From an uncultured delta proteobacterium (lineage in GTDB: Bacteria > Myxococcota_A > Polyangia > Polyangiales > B10-G4): a stretch of 64,000 bases of DNA. The position numbers and the translations under genes were made by a program. Below, in pieces: positions 41,296 to 50,385 of this stretch. Where the stretch lies: contig CAVSGI010000013.1 of NCBI GenBank assembly GCA_963727445.1, positions 288,001 to 352,000 on the forward strand, given 5' to 3'. The stretch's first letter is position 1; each line of letters opens with the position of its first letter. The notes below the pieces were generated by a model. That model saw only the letters and a list, made by a program, of their open reading frames with translations. It did no database searches and was not told where the DNA came from.

Positions 41296-42450
41296 GAAGA
41301 GGCGGGTGACGATGGTGTCTAGGTGGAGCCAGCGGTCTGGGGGGACACAGAGGTGGGTGGCGTCGCGCCGGAGGTCGCCGGATTCGAGGGCGCGGGCGAT
41401 GGGGCGGGCGCGAACGGTGCGGGGATCGAGGCCGGTTCGGCGCGTGACGTCTTCGAGATCGACGCCTTCGCGGGTCCTCAAGCCGAGCATCAGCGCCTCG
41501 TTGAGCAGCGTCTCCGCATCGAGATCCTCGCTCTCCATCTCGAAGCGCCCCTCGCCCACCGCGGCCACATAGTCCTCGCCCACCGCCACGTTCCGCCACC
41601 GCCGCGCCCGACCCGCACCCTCTTCCAAACACCCGACCGCCGCCGCCCCCAACCCCAGATAGGCGCCCCCCCGCCAGTAGTGCTGGTTGTGCAGCGACTC
41701 CTCACCGGGCGCCGCGTAATTGCTCACCTCGTAATGCGCGAGCCCATACGCCGCGAAACGCGCCTCCGCCGCAACGAACATCGCGGCGTAGTCGTCTTCC
41801 TTCGCCACCTCGAGCCGCCCCTTGCGATACAGCTCCCCGAACTGCGTCCCCGGCTCGATCGTCAACGCATACGCGGACACGTGCCTGAGCCCCATGTCCA
41901 ATAGACGCGTCAGGTCGTCGTCCACCGACGCCTGCTCCGGCATGCCGAACATCACGTCCGCGCTCACCCGGGGCACTTCGGCCATCGCCGCCTCGAGCGC
42001 CGCCCTCCCCTGCGCCGCATCGTGAAAGCGCCCGAGATATCTCAGCCGCGCGTCGTCGAGGCTCTGCACCCCCACGGAGAGCCTCCCCACCCCGGCCGCG
42101 ACCAGCGCCGCCGCGTGCCCGCGATCCAGCGACGAGGGGTTGCACTCCACCGTCACCTCGACGTCCTCCGCATGTACGTCGAACGCAGCGCGCACACCGG
42201 CGAGCACACGCCCCAGCGCCTCCGCCTTCCACAGCGAAGGCGTGCCGCCACCGAAGAAGACGCTGATCAACCGCCGGCCCGCGAGCGACGTGCGCCGCGC
42301 CTCGAGCTCCGCGAGAACCGCGTCCGCATACGCGTCGTGCGGCACGTCCCCGCGATCGATCTTACGCGTCGCGAAGTCGCAGTACGGGCACTTCTTCAGA
42401 CACCAGGGGAAGTGGACGTAGACGGATGTGTCAGTCGCTCGAGGCGCCAT
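41293..42450 (-). CDS. hemW: Radical SAM heme chaperone HemW
   Basis: YVHFPWCLKKCPYCDF, FFGGGTPS, YEVSNYA, HNQHYW. Confidence 0.9.
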   Translation of the reverse strand: MAPRATDTSVYVHFPWCLKKCPYCDFATRKIDRGDVPHDAYADAVLAELEARRTSLAGRRLISVFFGGGTPSLWKAEALGRVLAGVRAAFDVHAEDVEVTVECNPSSLDRGHAAALVAAGVGRLSVGVQSLDDARLRYLGRFHDAAQGRAALEAAMAEVPRVSADVMFGMPEQASVDDDLTRLLDMGLRHVSAYALTIEPGTQFGELYRKGRLEVAKEDDYAAMFVAAEARFAAYGLAHYEVSNYAAPGEESLHNQHYWRGGAYLGLGAAAVGCLEEGAGRARRWRNVAVGEDYVAAVGEGRFEMESEDLDAETLLNEALMLGLRTREGVDLEDVTRRTGLDPRTVRARPIARALESGDLRRDATHLCVPPDRWLHLDTIVTRLF

Positions 42451-42988
42451 GGAAGATCGTCGTCCGGTAATACGCGAGCTCTTGCAGGCTCTCCCGGATG
42501 TCGTCCATCGCGCGATGGGTCTCCTGCTTCTTCGGCGCGTTCGCGAAGGCCTCGGGATACCACCTTCGCGCCAGCTCCTTCACCGAGCTCACGTCGACCT
42601 GCCGGTAGTGAAGGAACGCGTCCAACTTCGGCATGTAGCGCCGGATGAACCGCCGATCCTGATGGATCGAGTTGCCGGCGAGAACCGCACGCTTCGGCAC
42701 GCAGTGCTGCGAGAGGAACTCGATCACCGCCGTTTCCGCAGACGCCTCGTCGACGTCGCTCTTCCGCACCCGCTCCGTCAGGCCCGAATCGCCATGGTGC
42801 TGGGTGTTCCACTCGTCCATCGCTTCGAGGATCTCGTCGGGCTGATGGATCACCAGGTCGGGCCCCTCCGCCACCAGCGTCAGGTCCCCCTCGGTCACGA
42901 GGACGGCGATCTCGATCAGCCGTTCCTTCTCCGGATCGAGACCCGTCATCTCCATGTCGATCCAGACCAGTCGCTCGTCCTTCCCCAT
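42431..42988 (-). CDS. orn: Oligoribonuclease
   Basis: WIDMEMTGLD, GNSIHQDRRF, HYRQVDVSS, HRAMDDI. Confidence 0.95.
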   Translation of the reverse strand: MGKDERLVWIDMEMTGLDPEKERLIEIAVLVTEGDLTLVAEGPDLVIHQPDEILEAMDEWNTQHHGDSGLTERVRKSDVDEASAETAVIEFLSQHCVPKRAVLAGNSIHQDRRFIRRYMPKLDAFLHYRQVDVSSVKELARRWYPEAFANAPKKQETHRAMDDIRESLQELAYYRTTIFHGASSD

Positions 42989-43101
42989 TGGCCGGCTTTT
43001 TTAGCCTGAATCGGCCGCCGGGGCCACGCCGAGATTGGACCCGGGCAGCCTCGCCCCCGACCTGCTAGGGTTCGGCCCCCGCTCGGCGGGAGCTTTCTGA
43101 C

Positions 43102-43890
43102 ATGCAGCGCATCGTCTTCGCCACCGGACCCATCGCCCGCGCGCCCATGCGACGCCAGCCGCGGCGGCTATTCGCCCAGATGCTCTCGCGCTCACTCGAC
43201 GTCGAAGTGGTGGTGGTGGTGGCGAGCACCTACAACGAGCTCGCCGGTCTCATGCACCGCGGAGACGCCCAGGTCGCGTGGCTCCCCCCGGCGGTCTACG
43301 TCCGCAGTGCCGAACGCGACGGCGTCGAGCTCCTCCTCGAGACCATTCGCCGCGGAGGCTCGCGATTTCGCAGCGTGCTCTTCGTGCGCGCGGATTCCGC
43401 CTACACCTGCCTCGAGGACCTCCAAGGCCACGCGGTCGCCTGGGTCGATCAGAATTCCTGCTCGGGCTACCTCTTCCCCCGCATCTCGCTCCTCGATCAA
43501 GGCATCGACCCCCGCACCTACTTCAAGCGCGAGCTCGTGCTCGGCAGCCACGAGGCCGTGATCCGTGCGGTCGAGGTGGGCACCGCGGCGGTGGGCGCGA
43601 CCTTCATGGACCAGAACGGAAAGGGCTCGATCCCCGGCTGGACCATCGAGGTCGAGGCCGACGACATGCGGCCTTTGCTGCTGAGCGAGCCCATTCCCGC
43701 CGACACCATCAGCGTCCGTGGCGACCTGGACCAAACGCTCCGCGACGATCTTCGCGAGGCTCTCCTCAGCCTACACGGCGTCGACGGGGGCGCCGACTGC
43801 ATCTACGGGCTCTTCGGCGCCGAGCGCTTCGAGCCCGGGACCACCGACGATTACGAGTCGATCCGCCGCGCCATCGCCGCCTCCTGCTGA
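43102..43890 (+). CDS. PhnD/phosphonate-binding-like protein, no signal peptide
   Basis: AWLPPAVYV, AWVDQNSCSGYLFP, GSHEAVIRAV. Confidence 0.75.
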   Translation: MQRIVFATGPIARAPMRRQPRRLFAQMLSRSLDVEVVVVVASTYNELAGLMHRGDAQVAWLPPAVYVRSAERDGVELLLETIRRGGSRFRSVLFVRADSAYTCLEDLQGHAVAWVDQNSCSGYLFPRISLLDQGIDPRTYFKRELVLGSHEAVIRAVEVGTAAVGATFMDQNGKGSIPGWTIEVEADDMRPLLLSEPIPADTISVRGDLDQTLRDDLREALLSLHGVDGGADCIYGLFGAERFEPGTTDDYESIRRAIAASC

Positions 43891-43962
43891 GCCCAGACGC
43901 CCGAAGTGCGCCAAGCGCAACCCAAGCGCACGAGATTGCACGGATCTTCAGTTGTCACCGGG

Positions 43963-43991
43963 CTTGACCCAACCTGCGAACGTCTTATCTT
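43963..43991 (+). promoter_or_regulatory. Heat-shock (RpoH-like) or sigma70-type promoter of dnaJ
   Basis: CTTG-N17-CTTATCT; also readable as TTGACC-N16-TATCTT. Confidence 0.55.
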
Positions 43992-44006
43992 GCGGCGGTT
44001 CGCGAT

Positions 44007-45074
44007 ATGGTCAAACGCGACTACTACGAAGTTCTGGGCGTCGAGCGGAGCGCGAGCACCGTCGAGATCAAGAAAGCCTATCGAAGGCTCGCGCTCGACC
44101 TGCACCCGGACCGCAACCCCGACAACCCCGAGGCTGAGGAGAGCTTCAAGGAAGCCTCCGAGGCGTACTCGGTCCTGAGCGACGGAGACAAGCGGGCCAC
44201 CTACGACCGCTACGGTCACGAGGGACTGTCCGGGCGAGGCTTCGAAGGCTTCGGGGACGTGCAGGACATCTTCAGCCACTTCCAGGACATCTTCGATGGT
44301 GTCTTCGGTGGTGGCTTCGGCGGCCGGAGCGTTCGTCGCCGCCGCAACGCCCCCTCCCGCGGCGCCGACGTGCGCGCCGCCGTGCTCCTGTCTTTGCGCG
44401 AGGCCGCCTTCGGCGCGAAGAAAGAGCTCGAAGTGACCCACCCGATGCCCTGCGAGTCGTGCAGCGGCACCGGCGCGAAGGAAGCGAAGCTCTCCACGTG
44501 TACGGCCTGCGGAGGAAGTGGCCAAGTCGCCCACGCCCGCGGGCCGTTCGTGCTTTCGACGACCTGTGGGCAATGCGGCGGCGAGGGCGCGGTCGCCGAG
44601 ACGCCGTGTGAAGACTGCAGCGGTCGCGGCGAGGTCGAGTCGACGCGCACCGTCAAGCTGACCGTTCCCGCCGGCGTCGACACCGGACAGACGCTGCGCC
44701 TCTCCGGTCAGGGTCAGGCGGGGCGCCTCGGCGGTCCCCCGGGTCACCTCTACGTGACCGTCGAGGTCGCCAGCGACGACGACTTCCAGCGCGATGGATA
44801 CGATCTCATCCACGAGCTCCATTTGAGCTACCCACAGGCCGCCCTCGGGGCGGCCGTCGAAATTCCGACCCTCGAAGAGACGCACTCGCTGAAGATCCCT
44901 GCCGGCATCCAGCCCGGAGAGACGGTCGTGGTGAACGGCGCCGGCGTTCCGCGCCTCGACGGCAGAGGCCGCGGCGACCTCATCGCCGTCGTGCAGGTCG
45001 ACGTCCCGAAGGAGCTCAGCCCGCGCGCCCGCGAGCTCCTCGAAGAGCTCGCCACCACCTTCGACGAAGGTTGA
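44007..45074 (+). CDS. dnaJ: Chaperone DnaJ
   Basis: J-domain HPD; four CxxCxGxG repeats. Confidence 0.92.
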   Translation: MVKRDYYEVLGVERSASTVEIKKAYRRLALDLHPDRNPDNPEAEESFKEASEAYSVLSDGDKRATYDRYGHEGLSGRGFEGFGDVQDIFSHFQDIFDGVFGGGFGGRSVRRRRNAPSRGADVRAAVLLSLREAAFGAKKELEVTHPMPCESCSGTGAKEAKLSTCTACGGSGQVAHARGPFVLSTTCGQCGGEGAVAETPCEDCSGRGEVESTRTVKLTVPAGVDTGQTLRLSGQGQAGRLGGPPGHLYVTVEVASDDDFQRDGYDLIHELHLSYPQAALGAAVEIPTLEETHSLKIPAGIQPGETVVVNGAGVPRLDGRGRGDLIAVVQVDVPKELSPRARELLEELATTFDEG

Positions 45075-45083
45075 GGCTCCGCC

Positions 45084-46091
45084 TCAAGCGAGGACCACGC
45101 CTTCGTGAATGGCGAGCTCGCCGCCGATCCGCACCGAGGAATCGGCCTGGCAGGCAGGAAAAGAGGTGCGTGCAGACCAGCCCGCGCCCGTCACCTTCGA
45201 GGCCGGATCACCGATCACCAGGTGAAGCCCCGGCACGTTGAGGTCGGTGTGCGCCTCTCCCGTCGGCGCATCCATCCCCAGGTTCACGCCGATGCTGACG
45301 AGTCCGATGCGATTCGAGTTATCCCCGAAGCCGAGGATCGATTCGATGTCCTTCTGCAGCTGGCGTGAATGCGCTTCCACTGAGACCACACGGCACTCGC
45401 GGATCTCCATCCGCACCGGGCTCTCCACGAGCGAGCCTTCACGCAGCCCGAAGAACTCGCCGAGAGAACCGTTGACGACGAAGACGCCATTCACCGCTTC
45501 CGGTGCAGAGTAGAGCGCGCCCGATGGCAGGGTGCACCACGCGCCGGGGTCGACCTCGCCCAGCTCGGGAAACCAGGGCGTGCCGGAGACGCGCAGCGAG
45601 AGCTCGGTGCCCCATCGCGATTCACAGGTGACCTCCTCCGACTCGGCGAGCGCTTCCATCATCTTGCGCCCGACGCGCGAGATCTCCCGATAGTCCCCCT
45701 GCATGCCTCGAACGAACGCGAGCTCGCTGATCCCCTCCATGTGTGCGTGCCGGAGCTCGTGCGTCGCGACGAGCGCGAGGAGGTGCTGGCGCATCCGCGC
45801 CTCCTGATGCGGAGCGCTGGCGAGGAAGGCGCTGCCGCGCGCGCGGGACAGCCGCCTCGCCAAGGAGTCGGGGATGGCGGGGAGCGGGCGGCGGCCGAGC
45901 TCCTCGAGCCACACCTTCCAGACCATGAGCTCGTGGGCTTCGCCCGCCGCGGCGATGCTCTCTACCATCGAACGCGACCTCTCGTCGCCGATGAGGACGA
46001 GCCCATCACCCGCAGAAAGCCGGAGCGCCGAGTGGACGACCTGCCGCCCGGCACGTGAAAGCTCGCTCGCGCTGACCCCCGAGAGGCTCAT
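45084..46091 (-). CDS. M29/aminopeptidase T-like protein
   Basis: GTELSL..TLPSGALYSAP..NGVFVVNG..IGLVSIGVN..GLHLVIGDP. Confidence 0.7.
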   Translation of the reverse strand: MSLSGVSASELSRAGRQVVHSALRLSAGDGLVLIGDERSRSMVESIAAAGEAHELMVWKVWLEELGRRPLPAIPDSLARRLSRARGSAFLASAPHQEARMRQHLLALVATHELRHAHMEGISELAFVRGMQGDYREISRVGRKMMEALAESEEVTCESRWGTELSLRVSGTPWFPELGEVDPGAWCTLPSGALYSAPEAVNGVFVVNGSLGEFFGLREGSLVESPVRMEIRECRVVSVEAHSRQLQKDIESILGFGDNSNRIGLVSIGVNLGMDAPTGEAHTDLNVPGLHLVIGDPASKVTGAGWSARTSFPACQADSSVRIGGELAIHEGVVLA

Positions 46092-46283
46092 GGGGCGCCG
46101 ATGCTACTGCCACGCCTCCGCTGGGGGTAGACCCAGAGGAGGTCGCCCGGATGGCGTCCCAGGATGTGGGCGCGACCTCGGATCGAGGACCTCGAAAACC
46201 CCGACTTCCTTCCACCCATCGCTGGCGGTACATTAGGGGGACATGAAGGAGTAGGCCGCGACTCGGGCGCGGCGAGGACGGGA

Positions 46284-46955
46284 ATGGGAAATCGGATTTA
46301 CGTGGGGAACCTGTCGTACGGCACGGCGGAAGACGGGCTCAGGGCAGTGTTCGAAGAGAGCGGCTACAAGGTCTCGGACGTTCACATAGTCACGGATAGA
46401 GAGACGGGTCGCTCCCGCGGCTTTGCTTTCGTCGAAGTCGAGGATAGCGGGGCGCTCAGCGCCGCCATCTCGTCCCTCGACGGAAAGGAAGTCGATGGGC
46501 GTCGGCTCGCACTGAGCGAAGCACGACCACGTCGCCCTCGCGAAGGCGGTGGTGGTGGTGGCGGTGGCGGCCACGGCGGTCACGGCGGCGGCGGCGGCGG
46601 CGGACGCTACAACAACGATCGCCGGCCACCGGTGCAGGAACGGCGGCGCCCCTACGGCGGCGGCGGTGGTGGCGGTGGTGGCGGTGGCCACAGCAGCAGC
46701 GGCGGCGGCCCTCCCGGCGGCGGCGGTGGTGGCGGTGGTGGCGGTGATCGCCCGCGCCGCAGCTTCGACAACTTCAGCGCGGGCCCGCCGCCCGATCCGC
46801 TGGAGCAACCCTCTGGCCGCGCCAGCAAGCGTCGCAAGAAGTGGGACAACAAGGATCGCGACGGTGGCGCGGGTCGCAGCGATGACCGCCGCGGCAACAA
46901 CCGCCGCTCGGGCAACCGCAAGCGCCGCGGCTGGGACGACGAAGGCGACTGGTAG
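46284..46955 (+). CDS. RRM RNA-binding protein with Gly/Arg-rich tail
   Basis: RNP2 IYVGNL; RNP1 RGFAFVEV. Confidence 0.9.
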   Translation: MGNRIYVGNLSYGTAEDGLRAVFEESGYKVSDVHIVTDRETGRSRGFAFVEVEDSGALSAAISSLDGKEVDGRRLALSEARPRRPREGGGGGGGGGHGGHGGGGGGGRYNNDRRPPVQERRRPYGGGGGGGGGGGHSSSGGGPPGGGGGGGGGGDRPRRSFDNFSAGPPPDPLEQPSGRASKRRKKWDNKDRDGGAGRSDDRRGNNRRSGNRKRRGWDDEGDW

Positions 46956-46967
46956 GTCTCGACCGGT

Positions 46968-49307
46968 TCAGCGGGTGGGAAGCCGCTCGCTGAGCTCCGG
47001 CAAGCGGCCCTCGTCGAGCCAGGCGTAGGTGCCCCAGGTCTGAAGGACGCGCCGGGTGTAGCGGCGGGTTTCGTCGTAGGGGATGTCCTCGATCCAAGCG
47101 TCGAGGGTGGTATCGCTGCGCTGGCGGAGCCATCGGTCGGAAGCGCCCTCACCGGCGTTGTAGGCCGATGGGATGATCGCGGGGTTGTCCTCGTAGCGCC
47201 GATACAGAAAGCCGATGAAGCGGGTGCCGATGCGGACGTTGATCTCGGGCGTCCGGAGGGCGTCGGGAGTGCTCGGCAGACCGAGCTCGTCACCGAAGCG
47301 CCGCGCCGTGGGTCGGATGAGCTGGATCAGCCCGTAGGCGTGCGCGACCGAAACGGCGCGCGGGTCGAAGGCGCTCTCCTCGCGGGCGATGGCGCGAACC
47401 AGCGCGCTGGGCACGCCCTCGGCGGCGGCGGCGTCTTCGATCAGCGGTGCGAAGGCGCGCGGATACGCGATGCGCCATCGGTGTCGTGACTCGCCCACGG
47501 GCGCGTGATCCAGGAAGTCGCGCAGGTGGCGGCGTGCGAGGAGGCTGGCTTCGGGATGCGCGCCTGCCCGATCGAGCACGGCGGCCGCGAGCCACATGGC
47601 CTCCTCGTCCGCCTCGTCGCCGAGGAGCCCGGCGGCGCCCAGCTCGCGCATCGCCACGTCCGGCTCGTCCACGCGGAGGAGCTCCACCGCGCGAACGAAG
47701 GCGGGGGCGGTGAGCTCGGGCCGGAGCGGAAAGGTCAGCGGCTCGGATGGCTCGGCCGACATCTCGGCGCGCACGGCAGCGGCGCGCTCCGCATCGAGGA
47801 GCTCGAGGCGATGGAGCGACTGCTGCGCGTAGTAGCTGAGCGGATAGCGGCGGGCAATCTCGTCGAAAGCCGCTACGGCCTCGCCGTCGCGACCGAGGTC
47901 GGCCAGGGTGCGCGCGCGCCAGTAGGCCGCACGGCCGCGCAGATCCACCGTGTGCTCCATCGGGCCATCGGCGAGGGAGGCCTCGAGGACGGTGAGCGCC
48001 TCTTCGAGCGCGGCGCGTCGCGCTTCGGGGTCATCGGCGGCCGCCGCGCGTCCGCGCGCGTCCCACGCCAGATGGAAGCGGGCCTCCCCGCGCATGTCCC
48101 CTTCGGGGAAGTCGTTCGCGGCGCGCGCCATACGGAGGTGCGCCGCCTCCTCGTCCCCGAGCGCCGCGGCCGAGAAGGCCGAACGGAAGACGGCATCGTC
48201 CGCCAGCCGATCCTCGGGGTCGGCCAGGACCAGGGCGTCGTAATGGTCGAGGGCCTCCTGATGCCGCCCCCGGCGACCGTGCGCTTGCGCTGCCAGGTAA
48301 TGCGCGGGCGTGCGCACCGACTCGTCCTCGCATCGGCGGATCACCTCTTCGAGCACCGCCGATCCGTCGTCGCGCCGGCGCATGCGCAAGAGCGCCTTGC
48401 CCTGCATCAGCTTCGCACGACAGGACTCGAGCCCCGAGGACTCGCGCGCGAGGGCGGCGAAAGCGTCCTCCGCTTCGTCGTGGCGCATCGCATTGAAGAA
48501 CGCCTCGGCGCGAACGAAGCGATCCTCGAAGGGGATGGTGGCCAGCGCGCGGCGACGCTCCGCCGGCAGCGTGGCGAGCACGGCCTCGGCCCGCTCCATC
48601 GCGATCTCTCCGATGCGCGCACCCGGCGCGCGTGTCGCCACGCGCCGATAGAGGAGCAGCGCCTCCTCGCGCTCCGCGGCATCCTCGCTGTCGGCGAGGA
48701 TTTCGGCGAGAGGCATGCCGGCGCTCGCCGCGCCGACGTGCGATGGCGTGCGGTCGACGATCGCGCGAAGCGCGCTCACGGCCTCGTTTAGATGACCCGC
48801 CTTCGCGAGCGCCACCGCCGTGAGCGACTCCGCGCGCTCGCGATCGGGGAAGTCGTCGGGCAGGTCCGACAGGAGCGCGATCACCTCGTCTCCTCCGTCG
48901 GCGCCGATCAGCTCCGCCAGCTCGAGACGCGCCCAGGGCGCGAGCGGGTGGTCCATCTCCGACAGCGCCGCGAAGTGGCGTCGGGCGTCGTCATCCAGAT
49001 CCTGGCGCAGCGCAGCCCTGGCCGCGATGAAGTGCAGCCGCCCGAGGACGGAGGGCTCCGGCGCACCGGCGATGGCTTCTTCCGCGAGGCGCTGCCGCTC
49101 GGCGGGATCGGTCGCGGCGAGCACGGCGCGCACGGCCTCGTCGCCGACGACGCTCGCGGGATCGAAGCGTGGAGGCCCGGCAGGCGCACGGGCCGGTGCC
49201 TGGGCTGACGCCGCGCCCGGGCGGTTGGCCGGCGCGTCGCAAGTGCAGAGCGCGACGGCAAAAAACGCCGCGATCGTCGCCCTGGTGATTCGTGCGTCGC
49301 CCCGCAT
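46968..49307 (-). CDS. slt: Soluble lytic transglycosylase with TPR-like repeats
   Basis: AIAREESAF, GLIQL, AYNAG, IPYDETRRY. Confidence 0.85.
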   Translation of the reverse strand: MRGDARITRATIAAFFAVALCTCDAPANRPGAASAQAPARAPAGPPRFDPASVVGDEAVRAVLAATDPAERQRLAEEAIAGAPEPSVLGRLHFIAARAALRQDLDDDARRHFAALSEMDHPLAPWARLELAELIGADGGDEVIALLSDLPDDFPDRERAESLTAVALAKAGHLNEAVSALRAIVDRTPSHVGAASAGMPLAEILADSEDAAEREEALLLYRRVATRAPGARIGEIAMERAEAVLATLPAERRRALATIPFEDRFVRAEAFFNAMRHDEAEDAFAALARESSGLESCRAKLMQGKALLRMRRRDDGSAVLEEVIRRCEDESVRTPAHYLAAQAHGRRGRHQEALDHYDALVLADPEDRLADDAVFRSAFSAAALGDEEAAHLRMARAANDFPEGDMRGEARFHLAWDARGRAAAADDPEARRAALEEALTVLEASLADGPMEHTVDLRGRAAYWRARTLADLGRDGEAVAAFDEIARRYPLSYYAQQSLHRLELLDAERAAAVRAEMSAEPSEPLTFPLRPELTAPAFVRAVELLRVDEPDVAMRELGAAGLLGDEADEEAMWLAAAVLDRAGAHPEASLLARRHLRDFLDHAPVGESRHRWRIAYPRAFAPLIEDAAAAEGVPSALVRAIAREESAFDPRAVSVAHAYGLIQLIRPTARRFGDELGLPSTPDALRTPEINVRIGTRFIGFLYRRYEDNPAIIPSAYNAGEGASDRWLRQRSDTTLDAWIEDIPYDETRRYTRRVLQTWGTYAWLDEGRLPELSERLPTR

Positions 49308-49474
49308 TCCTCGCCTTCGTCATAGAAGAGGTGATCGCCCGCGGCAAATTCTCTCCCGCCGACCTCGATGAAGAGGACGCCCGAGACGCCCCCGCCTCTT
49401 CCCGGCGGACGCGGCCGCGAGGAGGCGCACACCCCCACCCTTGACCCCCCAAGAGGCCGCCACACCTTGAACGG

Positions 49475-49897
49475 GTGATTCGGAAGTGCCCCTCCTGCGG
49501 CTCCAAAAACCGCATCCCCGCCGCTCGCCTCCACGAGGTGCCGCGCTGCGGCAAATGCAAGACGCCCCTCGGCGCCGTGGCCGAGCCGATCGTCCTGTCC
49601 GACGCTTCGGCCTTCGACGAGCTGATCGGTGGCTCGAAGCTCCCCGTCCTCGTCGACTTCTGGGCGCCCTGGTGCGGTCCCTGCCGCATGGTGGCCCCCG
49701 AGATGGAGAAGCTCGCCCGTGACAAGTCGCGCGCCCTCGTCGTCGCCAAGGTCGACACCGACAGCGTCCCCTCCATCGCCGCCCGCTTCGGCATCTCCGG
49801 GATCCCGACCATGATCCTCTTCGAAGGCGGCCACGAATCGAAGCGCCTCAGCGGCGCCATGCCCGCCAGCGCCATCGCCTCGCGCCTCGGGATCTAG
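49475..49897 (+). CDS. trxC: Thioredoxin 2 (Zn-finger thioredoxin)
   Basis: CPSC..CGKC followed by WCGPC. Confidence 0.9.
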   Translation: MIRKCPSCGSKNRIPAARLHEVPRCGKCKTPLGAVAEPIVLSDASAFDELIGGSKLPVLVDFWAPWCGPCRMVAPEMEKLARDKSRALVVAKVDTDSVPSIAARFGISGIPTMILFEGGHESKRLSGAMPASAIASRLGI

Positions 49898-49902
49898 CTG
49901 AG

Positions 49903-50385
49903 CTAGTCCGAGCCGTGGTGACGACGGGCCTGGGCGAGGTCCTCGGCCTCCGCCTCTGCTCGACGCTCGCGCTCGCGCTTCTCGTCGCCCCGGAAGCGGT
50001 CGTGGTGGCGCTCCACCACGTCCTTTTCGGCCTGGGCTTCGGCCAGCGTCGTGCGCGCCTCGTCCACCTTCGATTGGGCATCCCCCACCGCCTTCTCCGC
50101 CGCCCGAATCGCCGCTCCCAGCGCCTCTTCTTCGTTCCGCCGACGGGAGAGGAACGCGCTGCCCCGCGCGAGCTCGGCCGCCGAACCGCCAGCCTCCTCC
50201 CCGCGGGCGAGCGCGTCCTTCTCCTGCTTCACGCGCTCGAGGTGAGCCCGCAAGGCCCCCCGCGCCTCGTCGAGCGCCTGCTTCGCTTCCTCGAGCGCAG
50301 ACGTACGGACCGCGAGCTCCGCCTCGGCCTGCTCGACGCCGTGTGCGCGAACGGTGCGCGCGGCTTCGAGCGGGTAGCGCTTCAC
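49903..50385 (-). CDS. Coiled-coil protein resembling FliJ/YscO (SctO)
   Basis: GTGA coupling; KRYPLE N-terminus; EKDVVERHHDRF..ERRAEAEAEDL C-terminus. Confidence 0.5.
   Translation of the reverse strand: MKRYPLEAARTVRAHGVEQAEAELAVRTSALEEAKQALDEARGALRAHLERVKQEKDALARGEEAGGSAAELARGSAFLSRRRNEEEALGAAIRAAEKAVGDAQSKVDEARTTLAEAQAEKDVVERHHDRFRGDEKRERERRAEAEAEDLAQARRHHGSD

Noticed and set aside
41293..42450. hemW as part of the radical SAM modification system
   Set aside because: It is an ordinary housekeeping HemW about 12 kb away, linked to orn and ccmAB.
46545..46745. GGC/GGT microsatellite as a contingency locus
   Set aside because: In-frame poly-Gly linkers with mixed codons, typical of bacterial RRM proteins.
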